From contig WELB01000028.1 of assembly GCA_009602725.1 (NCBI GenBank), positions 211,891-231,890 of the forward strand: a stretch of DNA of 20,000 bases, written 5' to 3'. The DNA comes from Spirogloea muscicola. Its lineage: Eukaryota. Below, piece after piece: positions 19,934 to 20,000 of this stretch. Position 1 is the stretch's first letter. Every line of letters starts with the position of its first letter. Under the pieces are notes generated by a model, which was not told where the DNA came from, searched no databases, and saw only the letters and a program-made list of their open reading frames with translations. A program made the position numbers and the translations under genes.

Positions 19934-20000
19934 CTCTCCCTCTCGCCTCGCCCCGCTCGGCGCCTCGCCCGGCGGCGCCGCGGCAACGGCGGCGGCGGCG

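Overview
Eukaryotic, intron-rich genomic DNA from a green plant lineage. A non-seed streptophyte, probably a charophyte alga, is my inference from divergent plant-type proteins, GC-rich first exons and mostly 130-320 nt GT-AG introns. Four spliced genes can be assembled by hand: the 3' part of calreticulin (+, ends HDEL at 2685), a PIG-Y-like GPI-GnT subunit (-, 3617-4114, broken by an N), a full-length 10-exon EIN2 (+, Nramp-like domain plus CEND, about 1734 aa), and complex I subunit NDUFB10/PDSW (-, 19386-19933). The ~6.5 kb between PIG-Y and EIN2 holds roughly 20 short related fragments in both orientations. Six carry the last codons of the same protein (…RLAVSFQRSLAHAVH…SLSD[LV]RL[LI][ST]R[DGN]Y*), each followed ~70-105 nt later by a shared GGGCTG-loop-CAGCCC hairpin motif. 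I read this as a cluster of extremely 5'-truncated, head-to-tail nested copies of a CRE-like (RLE) non-LTR retrotransposon family. All alignments were done by eye and no searches were run.
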